From assembly GCF_000315625.1 (NCBI RefSeq), contig NW_005434638.1, forward strand, positions 313,300 through 377,299: a DNA stretch of 64,000 nucleotides. Reading direction: 5' to 3'. Below the pieces are notes generated by a model that saw only the letters and a program-made list of their open reading frames with translations, was not told the origin of the DNA and ran no database searches. Positions 20,995 through 31,900 of the stretch are shown here, in pieces. Numbering within the stretch: position 1 is the stretch's first letter; the number at the start of each line of letters is the position of its first letter. A program made the translations under genes and the position numbers. Origin of the DNA: Guillardia theta CCMP2712 (Eukaryota; Protista; Cryptophyta).

Positions 20995-23900
20995 TTATCT
21001 TGTAACGGGTACGAAGAAAGTTGCCCCCATCCTGATGTTCTCTTGCTCGATCCAAGACACGTTCCTCCTATCGTTCACACCCGCCCCCTCCCCTCCTTTC
21101 CTTGCGCTCCCATGGGTTTCTCTCAGTCCAGATGAAATTTGTTTCTGGGTAGCAGCAGCAGAGGGAGAAGAAGACGAAGACGAAGAAGAAGAAGCCTTAG
21201 TGGTTGACGGCATTGGCACGAATGGTCTTAAGAGACGGACAGCAACGTCATTTTCTGTTGAGATTGGAATAGTCAGTGAGGGAATGCAGAGGAACGAGTT
21301 GAAGAGAAGGAACCAGATAGGGGATAGAGGAAGAGGAAGGGATAGGGAACAAAGACGAGGAAGAGGAAGATTGTGAGGGAGGGGGGGAAGATCAAGGGAG
21401 GGAGGGGAAGTATGGAAGCAGCTGGCTCACCAACTCTCAGGGCGAGATCCATCGGCGTTTCTCCATCCTTGGTTGTTCGGTTGACGTCTGCGTTCGCCTG
21501 CAGCGAAGTTTGAGAGAGATGCGGGGAGGAGGGAGGAAGGGAGGCAGTCAGGGAGGGAGGGCAGGCAGGCAGGCAGGCAGGCAGGTAGCTTACCTGGGTT
21601 AATGATCGTATGATGAACTCAAGCTTCTTTTCCCATTCCTTGTCCTCTGCTCTATCACTTCAGCTCCCTGGAGTATCCAACAACCCCAAACGTCCTCTCA
21701 CCACATCCTGACGTTCGTAGACCCTCAGCACCGTCCACGCCCTGGCCCGAGACCTTCTCTAGCTCATTAGCCCTCTTATCATTCTCTTTCTCTCCTTCCT
21801 TCCCGCCCTCTCCCCCCTCATTCCTTTCTGGTCGCGCCATGGCGGCAAAGTGGAGGGCCTGGGTCAAGCTCAGTCATGTCAAGGCAGCAGTTCAGCTCGT
21901 CACCGTCCATCCCTGCACATCTTGGTCGTCGACAGAGATCAGCAGGCGCTCTCTCAGCTCGATCAGCTGGGAGAGGATGGCCGAGTACTCGCCCTCCTTC
22001 CCGTTCGAGCTCAGGTAGTTCTCTACCACCAGGGAGAGCACAGGGCACCAGCTGTTTCCCAGGCGCCGCTGCCGGGCAAGCTGCGGCTGCTTCCTGTTCC
22101 GCTCCCCTCCCTCGTGCAGCCCGGCTCCGTGCTCGAGGAGCAGCCGCATGACGCCTGGGTGGCCCATGGAGGCAGCGTAGGAGAGAGGCGTCCTGCCCCA
22201 GCGATCCTTCAGATTGACTTCAACTCCTCTGCTCAGAAGCGCTGCAGTCACTTCCTCTTGCCCGTGGAAGGAAGCATGATGTAGCAAGCTCCACTTGCTC
22301 AAGTCCCTGGCGTTCACGATCGACCGAGTCTCCTGCCCCGTGGCCGTCGCCTCCCCTGCGTCCAGCAGCTCAGACAGGATCTCTGCATGTCCTCCAGCTG
22401 CCGCAAGGTGAGCAGCGTTCAGGTGGGCGCCGTTGACGAGGGAGAGGGAGGCTCCCGCAGAGAGGAGGAGGCGGACGATAGGGAGGTTACCTCGGGCTAC
22501 AGCCCGCATGAGGGGGGAGGAGCCCTTGTTGAATCGGGTGATCGCTCCGTCGGGGCTCGCGCACAGGGACAGGAGGGAGGAGACAACTTCCTCTTGATTT
22601 CCTCCCACCGCCAGCTCCAGGGCAGCAGCCTCGCGCTTGAGGACGTCAGCTCTAACTGACATCTCGTCCTCCATCCTCGCCAGCATCTCCTCTGCTCCTT
22701 CCAGCCCCCCGCTGTCCTCCTCCACCCCGTGCCACTGCAGCAGGGAGCGCTTGCTCTGCGTGTTGAGGGTCGGGGAGTTGATGAAAGTCCACTGAAGGAA
22801 GAGGGCGAACTCCCGCAGCCTTGGCTTCCTGTGGAGGCCGCAAAGGCGAACTCTAGAGCGATCAGCAGGCGTGCTGAGGGAGGAGCTGGTTCCAACCAGC
22901 CTGGCGAACTCGACGCCGCTCAATCCCTGCTCCAACATCCCCAGCATTCTCACAGCTGAGACTGAGTTCCCTCCCATCTCGAAGAAGTTGGTCATCGGGC
23001 CCAGCGGCCCCTCCAGCTGCAGCACCTGACTCCAGATTTCCGAAACCAGCTCCTCCAGCTCGGTCCGCAGACTCTCCTCCCCTGCTTGTTGCCCTGCTTC
23101 CGTCCCGCTGGATTTTGCACCCTGCGCGGAGAGTGGGGGAGGAGGAGGGAGAGAGTTTCGATCTACTTTACCGTTAGAAGAGAGGGGCAAGCCTCCCTCC
23201 AGGAGGACGAACTGAGAAGGAACGTGGTACTGCGGCATGTACTTGAGGCAGAGCAGGCGGAGGCATACCTCCCCGCCGTGCTCCATCATCCTCCTCGCCG
23301 CCTCCCCTCTCTTCTCCCTCACGCTCAGGTACGCGACTAGCCGCTCGCTGCTCTCAGAGCCGACTTTCACCACCACCACCCCTTCCACGAAGGAGCAGCG
23401 GCTAATCACCGACTCGATCTCCTGCAGCTCGATCCGGAACCCCCTCAGCTTCACCTGGAAGTCTATCCTCCCCAGCACCTCAAGCTCGAGGTCCGAGTTC
23501 TTACCCCCTCCCCCTCTCCTCCTCCACCGCCCGACGTCTCCTGTGCGGAACCATCGGACTTGCTGATCATCCTCGAAGAACTTGGAACGGGTGAGCTCAT
23601 CTCGCCTCAGGTACCCACATGCTACTTGTACTCCACCTACCAAGATCTCCCCCTCGACGGCTCCTCCTTCCCCTTCATCCCCTTCCACCTTGACCAGCAC
23701 GTCCTTGAAGGGTCGGCCCACAACCTTGAACTCATCCTCTTCCCTCCCATCGCACACGTGCCATGTCTGATAAACCGTCGCCTCCGTCACCCCGTACGTG
23801 TTGATCAGACGCAAGGCTCTGGACCACTTGGCTACGATGCTCGCAGTCAGCGCCGCCCCCCCCAGGGCCAGCACCCTCAGGTGGGGAAGGTCAGCAGCAG

Positions 23901-24961
23901 ACACCGAGCCATCCAGCAGGCCCCACAGAGCTGGGGTAGTGCAGACATGGGTCACTCTACCCTGCACAAGCACGTCCAAGAGGCTGGTGGTGAGCGACGC
24001 GCGGGGGGCGATGCAGAGCAGAGCAGCTTGAGCGAGGGTCGAGAAGATGTCGCCAAGGGAAGGGTCCCACGTGATAGCAGCAGCCAGCAGCACGCGGGAG
24101 TTAGAGTCGATCTCGTGAGCAAGAGCTTTGCTCTGCATGTAGGCCAAGAGGCCCCTGCCCTCACCGTCGTCAGCTCATTCAACCTCCCCCGCCGTCTCAC
24201 CTGTGCTCGCAGACCACTCCCTTGGGCTCCCCCGTCGTACCAGACGTGTAGATGATGTGGCTTCTCAAGTGACTTACCTCCATGTCGTCTCCATCCACAC
24301 AGCTCTCCCGTCCAGTCTCAGCTCGCTGCTTCCCATCGGCATTTAGGAACTCCCGCAGGCCATCGCAACCTCCATCAACAGAGCCCTCCAGCACGTCCTC
24401 GACAACGACTAGCACGAGGGCTCGGGATGTTTTACCTCCTTCCTTCTTGGCGGAGGCTTCAACACGCTCACAGCTCTCGGCGATCACGAACACGTCCATC
24501 CCCTCCGACACGAGCTTGTTTCGGATCACTCGGCACGCTGCTCTCAGGACGAGAGCCACGCGCGCCGAAGAGTCTCGGAGGATGTAGGCGATGCGAGCAT
24601 CAGGCCACGTGGGATCGATGGGTACGAAGACAGAACGGCACTTGAGCACTGCTAGCTCGCTCATCACGATCTCCGGCCCCTCGTCCACCAGGATCGCCAC
24701 ATGCTGCTGGGCGGCCTCCGGCATATCCCAGCAGGACCTCACCAGCTCCAGCACTTCCCCCAGCAGCGAGGAGAGGACGTAACTATAGCGATTGACTTGA
24801 GCGTACGTAATGATGTGTCCCTCCTGATGACCGTCTCCTGACAGCCAAAGTATTGCTGCCTTGCTAGGGTTCAGCTCGGCCACTCGCTCCACAACCTGGT
24901 GAACCAGGACCTCGGAGCATTCCGGACCTCCCATGCCGTTTGGGCGTCGAGAGGAGTCCAA
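20995..24961 (-). CDS. NRPS-like protein: adenylation domain + peptidyl-carrier (T) domain + ankyrin repeats, multi-exon
   Basis: A3 IIYTSGTTGEPKGV; A4 TWDPSLGD; A5 NTYGVTEAT; A6 GEILVGGVQVACGYL; A7 FRTGD; A8 GRIDFQVKLRGFRIELQEIE; A10 LPLSSNGKVDR; PCP NFFEMGGNSVSAVRM; ANK repeats GSSPLMRAVARGN, NAAHLAAAGGH, SLLHHASFHGQ, GRTPLSYAASMGH, GWT|ALHFAA, GETPMDLA. Confidence 0.9.
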
Positions 24962-25965
24962 CGGAGCAGCAGAGGTGGTGGTGGTGGTGGGGTATTCTGA
25001 TCGCTCGCTCCTCCTACTGTCCTCCTACTGTCCTCCTACTGTCTTCCTATCCTCCCACTGCCCTCCTACTCTTCTCTCCCCTCCTCCTACTCTTCTCTCC
25101 CCTCCTCCTCCTCCTCCTCCTCCCCTGTCTGGTTGCCTGGGCAGTCCCTAGCGGGATTTGTCGCACATGCCCGACAACCGCAAACTTTGAAACTTTGAAA
25201 CTTTGAGGCCCTTGAAACTCCGAGAGTTTTGAGTCGCACCATGTTTCTTTCCGCCAGGGGTACTAATCATGTATTATTTGATATGTGTAGTTCGGAAGAT
25301 CATGAAATTGTTCAATAATATTTGAAAATTTTATGAAATTTATGAGCCCTGTTGGAGAACAAACATCCAAAATTAGATCAGTTAACATGGTCGTCGTGGC
25401 ATCTCGTGATGGCAGAGAGCGAAAGCACCGGGAGCATGCAGGGGGGGAGGCAGAGGGAGGGAGGACAAGGTTCTGGAGCATGTACAGGGAAGAGAGATGG
25501 CGACAGGCTGAGTACGAGTTGAGCCATCAAGGTTGTGTGGAGGAGGTGCAGAGGGTTTGAAGGAGTCATACGTCACAACAGGCTGGGTTTGATATGCGGG
25601 ATTCGCATGTAGGATTTGATTGGAGGAGTTGAGGAACCTAGTATGTCTCCATCTAGAGAGAGAAACCAAGACGATCAAACATCACTTTCCCGCTTCTTCT
25701 TCCATCCATGTGTGTGATCGCAAGTATGCAGTGTGATGATGTTGTCACAAAGAACTTTGGGGCTGGAACATACCATTGTTCCTTGCACCTCAAGAAAGCT
25801 GGAGCAGCAGTATTATAAATCAATGTATGAGACTGTGATGCGAAGAAATCACACTCGAGGAGAGGGATAGTTTGAAATTACATCGGGATGCTGCTGCAGC
25901 GCTTTCTGTCTATGTTGTACTGAACAGCACTGTGCAGCCTGGATCTCTGCTGCAAGAGTTTGAAT

Positions 25966-28157
25966 ATGGCGGTATGCTGCATTTATTCATTTCTACCCTC
26001 CATAGCCTCACTTTTACTCCTCAGGCGCCCGGCTCAGACATTCAGAGCATCGCCGACATGCTGGACAAACAAGGCAGCCAAGTTCAGACGCTCCGAGTCT
26101 CCTTTGCTGAGAACGCCGACCCGTCCCAGGTGCTAGGCGGCGGTTCTTCTCCTCCTGTCGCTGAGGCTCGTCACAGGCCGAAACGCTGAGCAAGGCTGAA
26201 AGAAAGGCGCTGTGGGAGGCGCAAAACGCGCAGAAGGCGGGTGAGAAGCAGAAGCTGAGCAAGGCGGAGCGGAGAGAGATCCAGGAGAAGCAGAGAGCCG
26301 CCAAGGCCGGAACGGAAGAGCCCGAGGTCTGACAACGTGTGACTAGTCGTTTGACGCGCTCATGGAGTTGTGCGGCAACCAGCAGGCAGCGGCGGCTCCG
26401 AAGCAGAAGGATCCAGCGAGCAAACCAGCCAAGAGTGAGAATCAAACCCCCAACGTCCAACCAGCCAAGTCAGCCCAGCCGGTGAGGGACGCGATGGAGA
26501 GGCTGGGGGGTCTGCTGATCGTCTGACTTTTCTGTTCCCAGGGAGATGCAGCCTCGGGCAACGCGCCCGGCAAGGGAAGTGCAGGGACTAGGCTGCAGCA
26601 TGATGACCCCAAGGCAAGCTCCTGTCCTGCCGTCCTGTGCTGGTGTGGCTGATCCTTTGCGCCTCAGGCCATGGCGAAAGCGAAGAGAAACCAGGCGCTT
26701 CACAGGACTGAGATGCAGAAGAAGGTCCCCTGGTTCTCGCATCTCCCTCAGTACGAGAGGGAGGCTTCGTTGTCGGCACAGCTCGCCGAGAGGACGGACA
26801 ACGACATCCATCCTGAAGTGCTGAAGCTCGGTCTGAAGTTGGCTGACTGGTTGATTGTCGGAGGAAACGCCCGCACGGAGGCCATGTTGAAGGCCTTCAG
26901 CAAGGTAATCATGGACTACAACCCTCCCAAGGACCACGAGACAGGAGCCGACATGAGCCGCCATCTGGACACAAGGCTGAAGCCCATGATCTCGTACCTG
27001 GTTGCCTGCCGACCGCTCTGCATCGGCATGGGCAACGCGATCAGATGGTTGAAGGGAAAGATTGCGCACCTTCCCCCGACTCTCTCACTGGATGACGCAA
27101 AACAGCACCTTCATGAGCAGATGGAAGGATATGTCACTGAGAAGATTGTGTTTGCTGACAGAATCATCTCAAAGCATGCTGCCGCTAAGATCAACAACAA
27201 CGACGTGATCCTCGTCTACGCGCGGTCCATGGCAGTCGAGGCGGCGATTCTTCGGGCACACAAGGAGGGGACAACCTTCAGGGTGATTGTCGTCGACTCA
27301 CGTCCGAAGGTGAGGACGCTCTGTAGCTGCTGCCTCGACTGACTGTCGTGAAAGATGGAGGGGAAGCAGCTGCTGGACAGAGTCAGTGCTGCTGGGGTCG
27401 CTTGCACTTACATCATGATCAATTCTCTCAGCTTCGTGATGAAGGAAGTGACCAAGGTCAGTTGCGATGAAGCTCGTCCAGCAGACTGACGTTGCGCTCC
27501 AGGTGTTCCTTGGCGCATCTGCCATGCTCGCCAACGGCAACGTGATCTCGCGCGTCGGAACGGCGTCTGTCGCGATGATGGCGAGGCAGTACAAGGTCCC
27601 CGTCCTGGTGTGCTGTGAGACGTACAAGTTCTCGGAGAAGGTGAGGAGGGGGGAGGGGGGGGGGGGGACGAGGGCGGGAGGGAGAGGGAAGAACGAGAAT
27701 GAGAAGACAACGGGGGGGAGGAGATAAGCATGACTAAGGGGAGGTGATGATGTCAGGAGGAGCTGACTGACGTTCAGGTGATGTTGGACTCTATCTGCAA
27801 CAATGAGCTCGGAGATCCTGACGAGTTGGTTGCGTCCAACAACGTGAGTCCTTCCTCCACCTCCCTCCTCCTCCTGCTTCCTTCCTCCACCTCCCTCCTC
27901 CATCCTCCCTCCTCCCTCCTCCCTCCCCTGAAGGCTGCCGGCAGACGCTGGCCGACTGGAGGGACGTCAAGGACATGAAGCTCCTCAACCTGGTGTACGA
28001 CCTGACCCCTGCCGAGTCGTTGACGCTAGTGATCACGGTGACGGATCCCTGCTGTGATGCCCTCCGGTATCTGATTGGCTTGCAGGAGCTGGGATATCTA
28101 CCGCCGTCTTCAGTACCCGTTGTCATCCGTGAATACCGCAAAGAAGTCACACTCTAG
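25966..28157 (+). CDS. EIF2B4: Translation initiation factor eIF2B subunit delta, multi-exon
   Basis: [18 protein letters not shown]; [10 protein letters not shown]; [18 protein letters not shown]; [16 protein letters not shown]; [11 protein letters not shown]; [25 protein letters not shown]; [12 protein letters not shown]; NELGDPDEL; [10 protein letters not shown]; [17 protein letters not shown]. Confidence 0.95.
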
Positions 28158-28915
28158 CCTTAACTCTCTCTAAAAGTGCTCAAAGTGCCTTGGTAAATCC
28201 TCCTCCCAGTTCGTTGACCTCGCTAGAAATACCATACATTTGAGTAGCTCTGGGAATAGGGCCCGAGAAACTCTCACCACCAAATCAGTTGTCTCCTCCC
28301 GCACCCAGTCGTCCTCCTCTCCTCTCTACCCCTTTCTCCTCCTCTTTCTCTCCTCCTGCTATCTCTCACTCTCCTCCTGCTCTCTCCTGCTCTCTCTCTC
28401 TCCCTCCTACTCTCTCCTCCTCTCCTCTCTAGCTTGCTTCGTAACCTGCCTGTACTAGTTCTCGATTACCTCTAGCTACCTCAAGCTCGTCACTGTTGGT
28501 TTCCCGTTTCAATTCAGGGGGTGGGGGTGAAAATTAACCGGGTATATCCCCCTTTTCAACCAGACTATTCATGGGTGGAGAATGAAAAAATAGTCGTTGG
28601 GGTAGGGTGGAGGCTTGTCAACACCAGGCAACGGCTTATGGCGGAGGCTTCGTGGAAGAGAGGGAGGAGGGAGGAGGAGGAGAAGTGAGATAGCAGAGCA
28701 GCAGAAGGTGCAGGAGAGAAGAAGGACAGGGAAGGGAGACAACACCATCGAGTATAGGAGGAGAAGTCGTCACGTTGTCGAACGACAACTGACCAAGGAA
28801 GGTCTGTCGGTGGTTGGAACAAGGTATTAGAGTTTAACAAGTCTAAGAGCACTCACTAGTAGCTCATAGCTTCTCCCCCTCAGTCTGCATGCATCAGTAA
28901 GTCCAGCCAGCGACC

Positions 28916-31900
28916 ATGGCTCCCAACTTTCATCCAGACGAGAGGTCTTATCAGTTCGCCAAGTGGACGACGGAAGAATGCCTTGAAGTCGGCATTGACT
29001 GGACAGACCCAGAGTCCCTGATCAACAAGAGGTCAATCCCAGTTACCTACTTCCTTGAGTACCCCGTGATCCCCAACATCAACCTCAAGAAACAAGCGGA
29101 GGATGAAGGAGTAGAGGGCTGCTGCGTCGACTACGACATCGAAGGCAGCGGGGTATGGGTACCTTGCCTGGTGCTCTCGGCGGCCAAGCTGTTCACTGTC
29201 ATAGTTGCGGGATACAACCATCCCACTCAAGTGCCTCGTCATCGCGTCCTCCTGCTCGACGAGAATCCTCGACTCTTTGCCAGAAGTCTGCACAAGGCGC
29301 TGAGGGAGCGGGAGCGAGCGGAGACGTTCTTGCGATACAACATCTACGCCGAGAATATGCCGACGTCAGACCTGCCTCCGATGGTGTGAACTTTCTCTGT
29401 CTCTCTGTCTCTCTCGCCCCTGCTGCCTCTCTCCCAGCCCACAAAGTCCCTCCCTCCCTCCCTCCCTCCCTCCCTCCCTCCCTCCCTCCCTCCTCTTCTG
29501 TCTGAAAGCCCCCTCCTAAAACTTATATGCTCTGTCAGACGCCATGGGAAATCTCCCGCATCACCAGCTCCGCGCTGAACTCAAAGACGCTTGCAAAGTT
29601 TGGAGAAGGAGGTAAGGGCAAGAGGCAGCTGTTCGTACATAATCACCTGCGTCCCTAACTTCCCCGGCAGGGATGACAAGCATGCTGCTGGACGAGGTCA
29701 GGACTGATCATGAGCTGACTCTAAATCAGATCGTCCTCAAGTCCGTCCTGCAAGACAAGAAGGACCAGAAGGATTTCTCCCTCCTCGACCTGACCTGCCT
29801 GGACATCAACACGCCCAAGGCACCGGCCCCGCAGACTGGAACCATCGTGGTGGAGCCGTACAGCTTCGCAAACGCGTTGAGAGAGTTCCAGGAGAAGACC
29901 CTGCTCTCGTTCAAGGAGGTCGTGCACGCCCTGTGCAACGTGCGATCGGAGTGCAGCAAGGTGTTGGAGCTGCAGCTGCTGGTCACTGAGTTCAAGTCCA
30001 GCGTTAGCCTCACCGAGTTCAAGCGCATCCAGACCGACACGGTCAAGTATGTCGTGCAGACCCTCAAGCGGAACTGGATCGACGGGATCCGCATCGGCAT
30101 CTCGACGCAGCTGGACGGGCTCAAGAACGAGCTGGACCTGGAGGTCAACGACAAGAAGAAGTTCGAAGAGAGCCCCCTCCCCATCCTTCTGCGCCAGGTG
30201 AGCGAAGCCTGCTGGAATCGTGCTTGGGTAGACTGACGTTGTGAGCAGGTGAGGTATGTCATGGAGCAGAGCCTTCGAGTGCTGGTGGAAGAGAGCGCCT
30301 CTGCCTACACCAAGTTCCTCTCGGATCTGACGGACATGGACGTGCAAGTACTGTCCACCGACTCCGTGACCATCAGGCACAACCAGCAGGAAGAGCACCT
30401 GCGGGAGAGAGACCCGTTCTTCCTCGTCGAGCTCAAGTTCGAGGACGGGATGTTCGTCTACACCACCAGCCCAGCTGACTTTGAGCGAGAGCCAGTCGAT
30501 CTCTTCATCGAAGCCCTTGTTGCAGTCTCCGACATCCCCCGCGCCGACTCCTACGTCCTCAAGAAGCTCTTCCTTGGTCGACTCATGTGTCTCTACTCGA
30601 TCGGGCCCGAGGAAGACCAGATGGTGAGGAGGATCGAGCTGATGAGGGAGCAGCTGCACAAGGTCTGCAGTCCCCTCACTGAGTACCTCCGGCTGTACGA
30701 CGAGTACCTCGAGTTCCTCAACATGGACCTGAGCGAGTACGTTCGCTCGCACGAGGAGAAGGGTTTGTCGCTGCAGGAGGACAAGGACGAGGTCAGACGA
30801 CTCAATGACGAGAAGGCTCGGATTACAGAGAGCATCCCTCCCTCCATCAGGATCGGTATCTTCCAGGTGGACTGTCAGAACGTCAAGCAGCAGCTGCAGA
30901 CCAAGTTCGACCTGCTCGTCAGAATGATTCTTTCCCTCATTGCGCAGAAGGTAAACCAATCATCCCAGTGTTACTCTCTCTTCCTCCTCCTCCTCCTCCT
31001 CCTCCTCTCTCTTCCTCCCGAAAACTCTTTTCTCCCATTGTCTTCCTCTTCGTCTCATGACTGTAAACGTTCTTCTTGCACTGACTTGTGCGGTGGAGGC
31101 GTCGGAGCTGAGCAAGAACATCGGCTCCAAGTTCACTGACATCCACAAGAAGTTGCTCCTGCATCCGGAGAGCGTCGAGCAGATCGTTGAGATGGAGGAG
31201 TACATCAAAGAGATCCCTAAAAAGACGGCAGAGATCCACATGGTTCTAGTCGACATGCTCTCACAGTTCGAAGTCCTCGAGAACTTCTCCTTCCAGCTCA
31301 GTGACGAGCAGTTCAGCGACAAGTGGTCGGCGTACGCCTGGCCAAAGACGCTGGAGCAGACGATCGGCGACGCCAGCCAGAAGATGGAGGAGAAGAGAGA
31401 TGCGTTCAAGAACGAGCAGATCGCTGAGCAGGAGGCGTTCGTGGACAAGCTCGACCAGATGGAGGCGATCATCGAGACCTACCACCAACACAACTCCCTC
31501 AGTAACATCGATACCATCGCCCCTGACGTCCGGGCCAAGGCGCAGACTCTCAAGGAGTACACGGAGTTGTCCAAGGTCTTCAATCAGCGAGAAGTCCTCT
31601 TCGGCCTCGAGCCGACCAACTACGAGCGGGTGCACAGGATGGGCAAACAGTTCGAGCCCTACACGCAGCTGTGGATCTCAACGGACGACTGGAGGACGTG
31701 GAAGCAGTCGTGGCTGGTGGACGACTTCACCTCCCTGCAGCCCGAGACCATGGACCAGGAGATCCAGGAGACCTGGAGAAACCTGCTCAAGGCCAGCAAG
31801 GCTCTTGCCGACTACCCCGAGTGTCAGAATATCGCTGACGAGATCCGGGCTGACATCGACGAGTTCAAGCCGCTCATGCCCGTCATCGCCTCCCTGCGCA

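Noticed and set aside
15048-24961. Apparent biosynthetic gene cluster (GST + methyltransferase + acetyltransferase + NRPS-like)
   Set aside because: The methyltransferase and acetyltransferase are clear housekeeping orthologues (FTSJ1/Trm7 and NAA30), so adjacency is probably coincidental in a gene-dense genome.
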